This document shows positions 11,010 through 20,588 of a DNA stretch of 64,000 nt, piece after piece (position 1 is the first letter of the stretch; the number at the start of each line of letters is the position of its first letter). The notes beneath the pieces are model-generated. The model did not search any database and was not told the origin of the DNA. It saw nothing but the letters and a program-made list of their open reading frames with translations. Origin of the DNA: an uncultured Eubacteriales bacterium (lineage in GTDB: Bacteria > Bacillota > Clostridia > Christensenellales > UMGS416). The stretch is from the NCBI GenBank assembly GCA_900542005.1, contig UQLW01000008.1:12587-76586 (forward strand). The letters are read 5' to 3'. Both the position numbers and the translations under genes were made by a program.

Positions 11010-11038
11010 AACCGTGGAGCTTTGCTCCGCGGTTTTTT
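11010..11038 (+). terminator. Rho-independent terminator after the topoisomerase A gene
   Basis: ACCGTGGAGC / GCTCCGCGGT stem (one G-U pair) followed by TTTTTT. Confidence 0.7.
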
Positions 11039-11185
11039 CCATGCGGGAGAGGTTATGGAGCATTTTGTTGGCGGGCTAAGGGAATTCCGTATGATGCGAA
11101 CATGTTCAAGGGGGCTAAAATGCGGTAAAATTAACAATTATAAGACACTGGCTATGCAGGATTTTGTACTGGAAGGAAGAAGGCA

Positions 11186-12862
11186 ATGGATCAAAAACAA
11201 GCGTATGCGGTGGGGATCGACTTTGGGACCCAGTCGGGCCGCGCCGTGCTGGTGGAGCTGGGGACCGCCCGGGAAATGGCGGCCAGCGTATGGGAATATC
11301 CCCACGGCGTGATGGACCGGACGCTGCCGGACGGGCAGCGGCTGGGGGCAGACTGGGCGCTGCAGCACCCGGCGGACTATCTGCAGGTGCTGGAAAAGAC
11401 GGTGCCCGAGGTAATCCGCCAGGGCGGTGTATCGCCGGAGCAGGTCATCGGGCTGGGGATCGACTTTACGGCCTGCACCATGCTTCCGGCCAAGGCTGAC
11501 GGGCGCGCGCTGTGCCTGATGGAGGAATACGCGCACCGCCCCCACGCCTGGGTCAAGCTGTGGAAGCACCATGCGGCCCAGGGCCAGGCCAACCGCCTCA
11601 ACGAAGTGGCCCGGGAGCGGGGGGAGGGCTTCCTTAAGCGATATGGCGGCAAGATTTCCTCGGAATGGATGACGCCCAAGGTCATGCAGATCCTGGAGGA
11701 GGATCCGGAGATCTATGATGCGGCCGATACCTTTGTGGAGGCGGCCGACTGGGTAGTCTGGCAGCTCACGGGCCGCCTGACCCGTAACGCCAGCATGGCC
11801 GGCTATAAAAACCTGTGGAGCAAGCGGGAGGGATACCCCAGCGCGGGCTTCTTCCGGGCGCTGGATCCCCGGCTGGAAGGCTATGTGGAGCAAAAGCTGG
11901 CCGGGCCGGTATTGCCGCAGGGCGCCAGGGCGGGCGGGCTCTGCCCGGGTATGGCGCAGCGCATGGGGCTGATGCCGGGTACGGCCGTGGCCGTGGCGAA
12001 CATTGACGCCCATGTGACGGTGCCCGCCGTGGGCATCACCGGCACCGGCGATATGCTGATGATTATGGGCACCTCGACCTGCCACATCCTCTGCGGGCAG
12101 GAGGAGATCCTGGTGCCGGGTATCTGCGGGGTGGTGGAGGACGCGGTGCTGCCGGGGCTGCTGGGATACGAGGCTGGGCAGAGCTGCGTGGGAGACCATT
12201 TCGAGTGGTTTGTCAAGAACGCGCTGCCGGAGGCCTATGCCATGCAGGCCCGGGAGGAAGGGATTTCCGTCCATACCCTGCTGGAGCGCAAGGCGGCCCA
12301 GCTGGCCGTGGGCGAAAACGGCCTGGTGGCCCTGGACTGGTGGAACGGGAACCGCTCGGTGCTGGTGGACGTGGACCTGACGGGTATGATGCTGGGCATG
12401 ACCCTGCAGACGAGGCCCGAAGAGGTATACCGCGCGCTGATTGAGGCCACAGCCTATGGTACGCGCAGGATTATCGAGGCCTTTGACGAGGCCGGCGTGC
12501 CCATTGAGCGGCTGTATGCCGCGGGCGGAATCGCCCAGAAAAACGCGCTGCTGATGCAGATTTACGCCGATGTGACGGGGAGGGAAATCCGCATCGGCCA
12601 ATCCACCCAGGCCCCGGCTGTGGGCAGCGCCATGTTTGGCGCGGTAGCGGCCGGGGAGGCGGCCGGCGGATACGGCTCGATCGCCGAGGCCGCCCGGGCA
12701 ATGGGACGGACCCGGGATACGGTATACCGCCCGGACGCCGGGCGTCAGGCTGCATACGATATGCTGTACGCTGAATACAAGCAGCTTCACGATTACTTTG
12801 GGCAGGGCGGGAACGATGTGATGAAGCGGCTTAAGCGGCTGCGGGAATCGGTTCTATCGTGA
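11186..12862 (+). CDS. araB: Ribulokinase (FGGY carbohydrate kinase)
   Basis: 558 aa. [18 protein letters not shown]..., [22 protein letters not shown] and [19 protein letters not shown] match the long AraB-type FGGY kinases. Confidence 0.85.
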   Translation: MDQKQAYAVGIDFGTQSGRAVLVELGTAREMAASVWEYPHGVMDRTLPDGQRLGADWALQHPADYLQVLEKTVPEVIRQGGVSPEQVIGLGIDFTACTMLPAKADGRALCLMEEYAHRPHAWVKLWKHHAAQGQANRLNEVARERGEGFLKRYGGKISSEWMTPKVMQILEEDPEIYDAADTFVEAADWVVWQLTGRLTRNASMAGYKNLWSKREGYPSAGFFRALDPRLEGYVEQKLAGPVLPQGARAGGLCPGMAQRMGLMPGTAVAVANIDAHVTVPAVGITGTGDMLMIMGTSTCHILCGQEEILVPGICGVVEDAVLPGLLGYEAGQSCVGDHFEWFVKNALPEAYAMQAREEGISVHTLLERKAAQLAVGENGLVALDWWNGNRSVLVDVDLTGMMLGMTLQTRPEEVYRALIEATAYGTRRIIEAFDEAGVPIERLYAAGGIAQKNALLMQIYADVTGREIRIGQSTQAPAVGSAMFGAVAAGEAAGGYGSIAEAARAMGRTRDTVYRPDAGRQAAYDMLYAEYKQLHDYFGQGGNDVMKRLKRLRESVLS

Positions 12863-12895
12863 TAAAAGAAGCATAAAAAAGAGGAGGATGTAAAG

Positions 12896-13912
12896 ATGAC
12901 AAAGGGATTCGCAAAGCGGGCGCTGACCTGGGGACTGGCTGGCGCTCTGACATGTGCCATGGCGGGCTGCAGCTACCTGCTGCCGACAGAGGAAGAAACG
13001 CTGGCGCCTCCGCTGGTGGAAACCAAGGAGGTCGAATATGTGACGGTCCCCGTGACCCGCGGCAATGTGGTGGAGCAGAAAAAGGGCAACGGCGTATTCC
13101 GTTCCTCCAAAACGAGCGAGGTATTCTTTGAAGCCACCGACGGCCGGCTGGCCAAGATCCTTACCGCCTACGGCGCCGACGTGGAGGAGGGGGACGTGCT
13201 GCTGGAGCTGACGGCGGACGACCTGCAGTATCAGTATGAGACCGCCAAGATCCGCTACGAGATCCAGGAAGCCACGCTGAAGCGTACCTCCGGCAGCTAT
13301 AACCGCAAAATGCAGCAGTACCAGGTGGACCTGGCGAAGCTGGAGCTGGACCATCTGGAGAAAAAGCTGGCGAACACCCAGCTGAAGGCGCCCATCAGCG
13401 GCAAAATTACCTATCTAGCCGAGATGAAGGTGGGCGATACCCTGGAGCCCTATAAGAGCTATGTCTCCATTTCCGATCCCAGCGAGGTGCTGCTGGTGGT
13501 GACCGGCGAAAGCTCCTACGATTTCATAAACGGCCGGGACGTGACGGTGAAGATCAAGGATCAGGAGTTCAAGGGCAAGGTGGTGCAGAGCCCCTATGAC
13601 GAGCCGGAAACCCTGGAGGAGAACACCGACGACCCCTATGCGGTCTTTGAGGTGTACGATCTGCCGGAGGAGCTGAAGACGCTGGGCCGCGAGGCGCAGG
13701 TCACGATGGTGGCCAACAGCCGGGAGGACGTGCTGACCATCCCCACCAACGTGCTTCGCGAATACAACGGCCGTAACTATGTGCAGGTGCTGCAGGACGG
13801 CGTGAAGGTGGAGAAGGACGTGGTGGTCGGCCTGAAGGGCACCATGGACAACAGCACCGTGTATGAGATCGTATCCGGCCTGGAAGAGGGAGAGCAGGTT
13901 ATCGTAAAATAG
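12896..13912 (+). CDS. Efflux adaptor lipoprotein (HlyD/MacA-type membrane-fusion protein)
   Basis: 338 aa with a lipobox signal peptide ...LTCAMAGC, a coiled-coil hairpin (DLQYQYETAKIRYEIQEATLK...LAKLELDHLEKKLANTQLKAPISGKI) and beta-barrel segments. It is the first gene of an ABC operon. Confidence 0.8.
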   Translation: MTKGFAKRALTWGLAGALTCAMAGCSYLLPTEEETLAPPLVETKEVEYVTVPVTRGNVVEQKKGNGVFRSSKTSEVFFEATDGRLAKILTAYGADVEEGDVLLELTADDLQYQYETAKIRYEIQEATLKRTSGSYNRKMQQYQVDLAKLELDHLEKKLANTQLKAPISGKITYLAEMKVGDTLEPYKSYVSISDPSEVLLVVTGESSYDFINGRDVTVKIKDQEFKGKVVQSPYDEPETLEENTDDPYAVFEVYDLPEELKTLGREAQVTMVANSREDVLTIPTNVLREYNGRNYVQVLQDGVKVEKDVVVGLKGTMDNSTVYEIVSGLEEGEQVIVK

Positions 13913-13924
13913 GAGGGACAGCAA

Positions 13925-16891
13925 TTGCTATTTATTGTATTGCGTAAAATCCTCAACAATAAAGGCCTCATTGCTGCGCTCCTGGTGGGTTCGATCCTGG
14001 CGGTCGCCATGATCAGCGCCATCCCGATGTACACGAACGCCATCCTCCAGCGTATGCTGGTGAAGGATTTCGAGTCTTACCAGGAAAACAACAATGAATA
14101 CCCCGGCCGATATGTGCTTGAGGCCAACATTATGAGCCACGCAGCGCCCAGCAAGCGTATGCAGAATTTTGAGTACTTCAACCAAGAGATCAACGCGCGG
14201 GTGCTCAGCGAGATCGGGCTGCCGGCGAAGGAATCGGTGCTGTCGCTGGAGACGAAATATATCAACCTGACGCCCCGCACGCCCCGGGAAAAGGACCCGC
14301 CCACCCGTGAGCTCTCCATCGTCACCTTTGAGGATTTTGCCGACCATATTGAGCTGGTACAGGGCCGTATGCCCTCCGGCGAGCTGGTGGACGGCGTGAT
14401 GGAGGTGCTGGTGCAGGAGGAGACGCTGCAGTCCTATGATATGTATGTGGACGAGGTCTATGAGGTGAGCGTCACTCTGCGCGCCGAGGCCCACGAACCC
14501 TTCTATGTCAAGCCGGTCGGCGTGTATACCGTGTCTGACAGCAACGATCTGTGGTGGTATCAGCCGGTCAGGCAGTTCAAATCGGCCATGCTGATGGACT
14601 GGGACCTCTACATGAAGGAGGTCGCAGGCACGCAGAACATGCTCTGCGAGGCGGTATGGTATTATGCGCTCGACTACACGCAGATGGATATCGACTATAT
14701 TGAGAAGTATACCAGCGCGATCCAGGCGCAGAAGAAGTGGATGGGCTCCTTTGAGGGGACCTCGGCGACCTTCGGCGCGCTGAGCATCCTGGAGGGCTAC
14801 GGCCCCAGGGAATCCACGCTGCGCATCACGCTGTGGGTGCTGCAGGTGCCCATCATGATTATGCTGGCCTTCTACATCTTCATGGTGTCCCAGATGGTGG
14901 TATCCAATGACGCCAATGAGATCGCGGTGCTGAAAAGCCGCGGCGCCAAGGGCGGGCAGATCTTCCGGCTGTATATCCTGCAGAGCTGCCTGCTGGCCGG
15001 CGCGGCCCTGGTGATCGGCCCCTTTGTAGGCTATGGCATCTGCAGCCTCCTGGGATCGTCCAATGGGTTCCTGGAGTTTATCGGACGCAAGACGCTGCCG
15101 GTGCATATCGGCCTGCAGGTGATCCTATACGCGGTGGGCGCGGCGCTCTTTACCGTGGTGATGATGATGTTCCCGGCCATGTCGGCCGCCCGCGTCACCA
15201 TCGTGGAGCATAAGCAGAAGAAAGCGCGCCAGTGGAATGCGCCGCTATGGCAGAAGATGTTCCTGGATGTGATTTGCCTGGGGCTGGCGATTTATGGGCT
15301 TTACAGCTACCAGCTCCGCCAGGCCACCATCAATGTGGGCGAGCAGGCTGCTGCCGCCTCCACCCAGGCTGCTACGGCGACGGCCGCCGCCGCTGCGGCC
15401 AGCATTACCGCCCCGGTGGACCCGCTGCTGTTTCTGATCTCCACCTTGTTCATCCTGGGCGCGGGGCTGCTGTTCCTGCGGCTGTATCCCTATATCATCC
15501 GGCTGGTGTTCTGGCTGGGCAGGCGGGTCTGGAGCCCGGTGCTGTACACCTCCTTTATCTCGGTCGGCCGCTCCGGCGGGCGGGAAACCTTCGTGATGCT
15601 GTTCTTGATCCTGACGCTGTCTGTCGGCGTGTTCTCGGCCAACTCGGCCCGGACCATCAACCAGAATATTGAGGACAGGATCCATTACGCCATCGGGGCC
15701 GACATGGTGATGGAGCTGAAATGGCCCAGCAACTCGGTGGTAATCGAAAGCAACCCCAGCGTGGAGAGGGGCGAGGGCGCATCCTCCAGCAGCACGAGCT
15801 CCAACTCGGTGGTGATCTATAAGGAGCCGCCCTTTGAGACCGTGGAGAATATCAAGGGGGTGGAGGCGGCTGCCAAGGTCTTTTTGCCCGAGCAGGTGCG
15901 GGTGCGTACCGACGAAAACCAATACCTTTCCGCCCGGCTTATGGCCATCGAGCCCGATCAGTTCGGCAAGGTGGTTTGGACGGGGGGCACCTACCTGAGC
16001 CATCATATCTATGCTTACCTGAACCTGATCAGCAACGCGCCCAACGCTGTGCTGGCTTCATCCTCGCTGCAGGAGGACGGGTATGCGGTAGGCGATCCCA
16101 TCCGCTTCTCCTGGGGCAGCCAAAGCGAGGTGGAGGGCGTCATATACGCCTTCGTCGACTACTGGCCGGCGATCAACCCCACCGAGACGGGTTCGGATCG
16201 CTTCGTCATCGCCAATTTGGACTATGTGCAGGCCATTACCGCCATTGAACCCTATCAGTACTGGATCAAGCGGGACGATACCACGAGCACAGCGGAGCTT
16301 TATCAGGACATCGCCGATAAGGAGATCCCGCTGCTCAACACCCGGGAGATGACCGACAGCTTCAAGCGGCTGAAGAACAACTCCATGCTGAAGATCGATT
16401 CCGGCTCCTGCCTGGTGGATGCCAGCCAACAGCTTGTCATCCAGAAAAACGACGCGCTGCTGCAGGGCACCAACGGCGCGCTGACGTTGGGCTTCCTTGT
16501 CACCATGGCGATCGCCATGATCGGCTTTAACATTTACTGGGTGCTGTCGATCCGGGGACGCGAGCTGCAGTTCGGTATCCTGCGGGCAATCGGTATGACA
16601 CAGAAAAAGGTGATCGGGATCCTGGTGTGCGAGCAGATTATGATTTCCTTGGTGGCGGTGCTGGTTGGCGTGCTGATCGGTTCGCTGACAAGCCAGCTGT
16701 ATGTGCCGCTTCTGTCCATCGTCTATTCGGCCTCCGAGCAGGTGCCGCCCTTTACCGTGGTGGCGACCCGGTCCGACTACCTGAAGATTTACGGCGTGAT
16801 CGCCTTTATGCTGGCTACGGGCTTTGCCATCCTGGGCACCATCGTATCCCGCATCAAGATCGCTCAGGCCATCAAGCTTGGGGAGGATTGA
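13925..16891 (+). CDS. ABC transporter permease with two FtsX/MacB-type domains and large extracytoplasmic domains
   Basis: 988 aa with a TTG start after AGGAGGGA. It has two 4-TM FtsX-like modules (e.g. EIAVLKSRGAKGGQIF... and ELQFGILRAIGMTQKKVIG...), each preceded by a large soluble domain. An Ala/Thr-rich linker lies mid-protein. Confidence 0.85.
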   Translation: MLFIVLRKILNNKGLIAALLVGSILAVAMISAIPMYTNAILQRMLVKDFESYQENNNEYPGRYVLEANIMSHAAPSKRMQNFEYFNQEINARVLSEIGLPAKESVLSLETKYINLTPRTPREKDPPTRELSIVTFEDFADHIELVQGRMPSGELVDGVMEVLVQEETLQSYDMYVDEVYEVSVTLRAEAHEPFYVKPVGVYTVSDSNDLWWYQPVRQFKSAMLMDWDLYMKEVAGTQNMLCEAVWYYALDYTQMDIDYIEKYTSAIQAQKKWMGSFEGTSATFGALSILEGYGPRESTLRITLWVLQVPIMIMLAFYIFMVSQMVVSNDANEIAVLKSRGAKGGQIFRLYILQSCLLAGAALVIGPFVGYGICSLLGSSNGFLEFIGRKTLPVHIGLQVILYAVGAALFTVVMMMFPAMSAARVTIVEHKQKKARQWNAPLWQKMFLDVICLGLAIYGLYSYQLRQATINVGEQAAAASTQAATATAAAAAASITAPVDPLLFLISTLFILGAGLLFLRLYPYIIRLVFWLGRRVWSPVLYTSFISVGRSGGRETFVMLFLILTLSVGVFSANSARTINQNIEDRIHYAIGADMVMELKWPSNSVVIESNPSVERGEGASSSSTSSNSVVIYKEPPFETVENIKGVEAAAKVFLPEQVRVRTDENQYLSARLMAIEPDQFGKVVWTGGTYLSHHIYAYLNLISNAPNAVLASSSLQEDGYAVGDPIRFSWGSQSEVEGVIYAFVDYWPAINPTETGSDRFVIANLDYVQAITAIEPYQYWIKRDDTTSTAELYQDIADKEIPLLNTREMTDSFKRLKNNSMLKIDSGSCLVDASQQLVIQKNDALLQGTNGALTLGFLVTMAIAMIGFNIYWVLSIRGRELQFGILRAIGMTQKKVIGILVCEQIMISLVAVLVGVLIGSLTSQLYVPLLSIVYSASEQVPPFTVVATRSDYLKIYGVIAFMLATGFAILGTIVSRIKIAQAIKLGED

Positions 16892-16893
16892 TC

Positions 16894-17616
16894 ATGGAAC
16901 CGATTATATGGACGGAAAACATCAACCGCATCTTTAAGACCGGGGATACCCAGGTGCACGCCCTGAAGGACGTAAGCATCCAGGTGAACCCCGGGGAGCT
17001 CCTGGTGCTGAGGGGGCGGTCCGGATCGGGCAAAACGACGCTGATGAATATTCTCAGCGCCCTGGATACGCCGACCTCGGGCAAGGTCTATGTGGAGGGC
17101 AAGGAAATCACCGCCCTGCCGGAGGCTGCCCGGGATGAGCTGCGCCGGACGGATATGAGCTTCGTGTTCCAGTCGGTGGCGCTGATGAGCCAGATGAATG
17201 CCTATGAAAACGTGGAGTTCGGGCTGCGCATTGCCGGATATCCGGCCAAAGACCGGCAAAAGCGCGCGGAGGAGGCCCTGACGCTGGTAGGGCTGAAGCA
17301 GCGCATGCGCCACCGGCCGGCGGAGATGTCCGGCGGCGAGCAGCAGCGGGTAGCCATCGCCCGGGCCATCGCCCATCACCCCAAGGTGCTGTTTGCCGAT
17401 GAACCGACCGCTGAGCTCGATACGGCTATGGGCCTGCAGGTGATGCGCCTCTTCCGCGAGCTGGTGGCCAAGGAGGGCGTAACCATGATTATGACCACCC
17501 ATGACCCCAACATGATGGAGCTGGCCGATCATGTGTACAGCATCCAGGACGGTGCGATTATCGAGGAGACCTACAACGCTGAGGCGGCCGCCGCCTTTAA
17601 GGAGGTGCAGCCATGA
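16894..17616 (+). CDS. ABC transporter ATP-binding protein (MacB/LolD-type NBD)
   Basis: Track ORF trimmed to ATG 16894 (MEPIIWTENINRIFK...). It has Walker A GRSGSGKTT, signature MSGGEQQRVAIARA and Walker B VLFADEPT. Confidence 0.92.
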   Translation: MEPIIWTENINRIFKTGDTQVHALKDVSIQVNPGELLVLRGRSGSGKTTLMNILSALDTPTSGKVYVEGKEITALPEAARDELRRTDMSFVFQSVALMSQMNAYENVEFGLRIAGYPAKDRQKRAEEALTLVGLKQRMRHRPAEMSGGEQQRVAIARAIAHHPKVLFADEPTAELDTAMGLQVMRLFRELVAKEGVTMIMTTHDPNMMELADHVYSIQDGAIIEETYNAEAAAAFKEVQP

Positions 17617-18521
17617 TTCAGTGCGAAAACCTGGTGAAGATCTATAAAACCCGGGAGACGGAGGTCGTGGCCCTGCAGGGGCTGGACCTGACGGTGGACG
17701 ACGGGGAGCTTATGGCCATTATCGGCAACTCCGGCAGCGGCAAATCCACCCTGCTCAATATGATCGGCGGGCTGGACCGCCCTTCCGCCGGTACGCTTCT
17801 GGTGGACGGCAAGGACCTGCTGAAATTCAAGGAAAAGGACTACATCGCCTATAAGCGCGATACCGTCGGCTTCGTGTGGCAGAACAACGCCCGCAACCTG
17901 ATCCCCTATATGACGGCGCTGGAGAACGTGCAGGTGCCCATGGTGCTGACCAGCCGGAAGGACAGGATCGAGCGGGCGCGGCAGCTGCTGGAGACCGTGG
18001 GGCTGGCCAACCGGGCGGGCAGCAAGCTCAGTCAGCTCTCTGGCGGCGAGCAGCAGCGGGTGGCCATTGCCATCGCCCTGGCCAACAACCCCAAGCTCCT
18101 GCTGGCCGATGAACCGACCGGCGCGGTGGACAGCGCTACGGCCAACATGATCCTGGACATCTTCCGGGAGGTATGCCGCACGACAGGGCTGACCATCATG
18201 ATTGTAACCCACGACATCTCCCTGTCCCGGCGGGTGGACCGCGTGGTCGCCATCCGGGATGGCCGGACGTCCTCGGAGTTTATCCGCAGAAAGTCCTATG
18301 CCCAGCAGATCAACGAGGTGGGCGAGCTGGAGCAGATGAACCAGGAGCCGGAGGAGCTGGAGGCCCAGGAGGAGCTGGCGGTGGTGGATAATGCCGGCCG
18401 CCTGCAGATCCCCAGGGAATACCTGGGCGCCATCGGCGTATCGGGCAAATCCAGGGTGCGCGTAGAGCTGGAGGACGATAAGGTTGTGATCATTAATCCT
18501 GACTATCGCAGCGGAACATGA
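17613..18521 (+). CDS. ABC transporter ATP-binding protein with a C-terminal AbrB/SpoVT-like extension
   Basis: 302 aa. It has Walker A GNSGSGKST, signature LSGGEQQRVAIAIA and Walker B LLLADEPT, followed by an acidic linker and the tail VVDNAGRLQIPREYLGAIGVSGKSRVRVELEDDKVVII. It overlaps the previous NBD gene by 4 nt. Confidence 0.9.
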   Translation: MIQCENLVKIYKTRETEVVALQGLDLTVDDGELMAIIGNSGSGKSTLLNMIGGLDRPSAGTLLVDGKDLLKFKEKDYIAYKRDTVGFVWQNNARNLIPYMTALENVQVPMVLTSRKDRIERARQLLETVGLANRAGSKLSQLSGGEQQRVAIAIALANNPKLLLADEPTGAVDSATANMILDIFREVCRTTGLTIMIVTHDISLSRRVDRVVAIRDGRTSSEFIRRKSYAQQINEVGELEQMNQEPEELEAQEELAVVDNAGRLQIPREYLGAIGVSGKSRVRVELEDDKVVIINPDYRSGT

Positions 18522-18537
18522 GCCCATAAAGCCAAGC

Positions 18538-18565
18538 AAAGGAGGCCGCACGGCCTCCTTTTTCT
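18538..18565 (+). terminator. Rho-independent terminator after the FtsX-type ABC operon
   Basis: GGAGGCCG..CGGCCTCC stem followed by TTTTT. Confidence 0.7.
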
Positions 18566-18804
18566 TGTCCCGGAAGCTTAGCAGGACGATTCACTAAGCA
18601 GGGCAGGGGACGCGCAAAGGCGGGACAGCCCTTTCCCTGGATCCCTCTGCCTTTTGCCGGCAGGGAAATACTTTTTTCGGTTGCATCCCCAGGCCGCCGG
18701 GTGCTATACTAAAGGTCCTTGACTTATGAAACGGAGGGTGATCATAAAGGGAAAAGGCGGCGCCTATGGGCAAATTCGCCGCTTTGGATAAGGAGGCAGC
18801 GTAC

Positions 18805-19785
18805 ATGGCCTATATTCATGTGGATCAACTCGACAAGACCTACCAGATCAGCCGGCGCGGCAAGGGCGCGCTGGGCGCAATCAAAGGACTGCTCCACCCC
18901 AGCTATACGCGGGTGGAGGCGCTTTCCCAGGTATCCTTCGACATTGAGGCCGGGGAGGTGGTGGGCTATATCGGGCCCAACGGCGCAGGAAAGTCGACGA
19001 CCGTGAAGATCCTTTCCGGCATCCTGGTGCCGGATGGGGGGACAGCCCTGGTGGACGGACGCATTCCCTGGAGGCAGCGGCGGGCCCATGTATCCCATAT
19101 CGGCGTGGTTTTCGGCCAGCGCACTCAGCTGTGGTGGGATGTGCCCGTCATCGACTCCTATGAGCTGCTGCGGGACATCTACGGCGTGCCGCAGGCGGAT
19201 TTCCGCCGCCGCCTGGAGGAGATGACCGAGGCGCTGGACCTTGCGGCCGTACTGCATACGCCGCTCAGGCAGCTTTCGCTGGGGCAGCGGATGCGCTGCG
19301 AGCTGGCCGCCAGCCTGCTGCATTCGCCTCAGCTGCTCTTTCTCGACGAGCCGACCATCGGCCTGGACGCGGTAAGCAAGCTGGCCGTGCGGGATTTCCT
19401 GGCCAGGGAGCGGCAGCGCCACGGGACCACCATCATGCTCACCACCCATGATATGGAGGACATTACCAGCCTCTGCAGCCGTGTCATGGTGCTGGGGCAT
19501 GGCAAAAAGCTCTACGATGGAGCGCTGGACCCGCTGCTGGCCCGCTACAATACCCTGCGGACGCTGACGGTGGAATATGAAGGGGAAGCCCGCCTTGAAA
19601 TACCGGAGGCGGAGAGCTGCCGCAAAGAGGGGCTTACCTACCGGGTGGCCTTTCAGCCGGAGCGGGTGGAGACGGCCCGTGTGCTGGAGCTGGCCCAGCG
19701 GGCCGGGCATGTGCACGACCTTTCCGTGCAGGGGATGCCCCTGGATGAGATGGTAGCGGCCCTGTATAAGGAGATGGCGCTATGA
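18805..19785 (+). CDS. ABC-2 type transporter ATP-binding protein
   Basis: I chose the start at ATG 18805 (AGGAGG at 18791-18796); an alternative in-frame ATG lies at 18766. It has Walker A GPNGAGKST, signature LSLGQRMRCELAASL and Walker B LLFLDEPT. Confidence 0.9.
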   Translation: MAYIHVDQLDKTYQISRRGKGALGAIKGLLHPSYTRVEALSQVSFDIEAGEVVGYIGPNGAGKSTTVKILSGILVPDGGTALVDGRIPWRQRRAHVSHIGVVFGQRTQLWWDVPVIDSYELLRDIYGVPQADFRRRLEEMTEALDLAAVLHTPLRQLSLGQRMRCELAASLLHSPQLLFLDEPTIGLDAVSKLAVRDFLARERQRHGTTIMLTTHDMEDITSLCSRVMVLGHGKKLYDGALDPLLARYNTLRTLTVEYEGEARLEIPEAESCRKEGLTYRVAFQPERVETARVLELAQRAGHVHDLSVQGMPLDEMVAALYKEMAL

Positions 19786-20585
19786 AGCGGCTCAAGCCCT
19801 ATCTGTCCACCCTGCGCCTGCGGGCCATGCTGGAGCTGCAATACCGGGGCGCGGCCGTGGGCGGCATGCTGACGCAGCTATTCTTTGGCTTTATTCTTGT
19901 CTTTTTATACCATGCCCTGTATGCCAGCGGCGGGCAGCAGAGCTCCAGTCTTTCCCAGATTGTCAGCTATGTATGGCTGCAGCAAGCCTTTTTCCGGGTC
20001 ATCATCGGCAGCGACGGCGCGCTGAACAGCGAGGTGATGAGCGGCGACGTGGTTTATTCGCTGTGCCGGCCTGTGGATCTGTATGGCTATTGGTACATGC
20101 GCGCGGTAGCCTACCGGGCGGTAGGTTCCCTGATGCGGGCGGCGCTGATGCTGCCGGTGGCGCTTCTGCTGCCCCAGCCGCTGGGGCTGGCGCTGCCGGG
20201 CTCCGCGGCGGGCCTTGCAGCCTTTATCCTTTCGCTGGCAATGGGCGTCCTGGTGATGGCAGCGCTGGAGAATATCATGTCCGCCTGCACGCTGATTACC
20301 CTGGATCACCGGGGCGCGGCCAACGTGCTGGGTATGTTCAACGCCTTTGCCGCCGGGAACCTGCTGCCGCTGACCCTTTTCCCGGATAGCTGGCAGCGGT
20401 TTATCCTGTCGACGCCCTTCGCCCAGACACTGGACGTCCCCATCCGCTACTATACCGGGCAGCTGCCCTTTGGAAGCCTGGGCGGGACGCTGGCGCTTCA
20501 GCTTTTCTGGCTGGCAGCGCTGGCCCTGGCAGGCTGGCTGCTATGGCGGCGCGCCCTGAACCGCATGGTGATCCAGGGAGGTTGA
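19782..20585 (+). CDS. ABC-2 family transporter permease (DUF990-like)
   Basis: 267 aa polytopic protein. Its start overlaps the stop of the ATPase gene by 4 nt. This matches the known ATPase + two ABC-2 permease operons. Confidence 0.75.
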   Translation: MKRLKPYLSTLRLRAMLELQYRGAAVGGMLTQLFFGFILVFLYHALYASGGQQSSSLSQIVSYVWLQQAFFRVIIGSDGALNSEVMSGDVVYSLCRPVDLYGYWYMRAVAYRAVGSLMRAALMLPVALLLPQPLGLALPGSAAGLAAFILSLAMGVLVMAALENIMSACTLITLDHRGAANVLGMFNAFAAGNLLPLTLFPDSWQRFILSTPFAQTLDVPIRYYTGQLPFGSLGGTLALQLFWLAALALAGWLLWRRALNRMVIQGG

Positions 20586-20588
20586 GCG

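Noticed and set aside
11159-11172. ATTTTGTAC upstream of araB, resembling half of an AraR operator (TTTGTACGTACAAA type).
   Set aside because: Only one half-site is present, with no palindromic partner and no araR gene in the window.
18726-18791. A 21-codon upstream ORF (MKRRVIIKGKGGAYGQIRRFG) ending inside the RBS of the ABC-2 ATPase gene; considered as a possible leader peptide or attenuator.
   Set aside because: It has no Shine-Dalgarno sequence, and I could draw no obvious alternative RNA pairing. An in-frame alternative start of the main gene (18766) overlaps it. It is worth keeping in mind only if the leader proves conserved.
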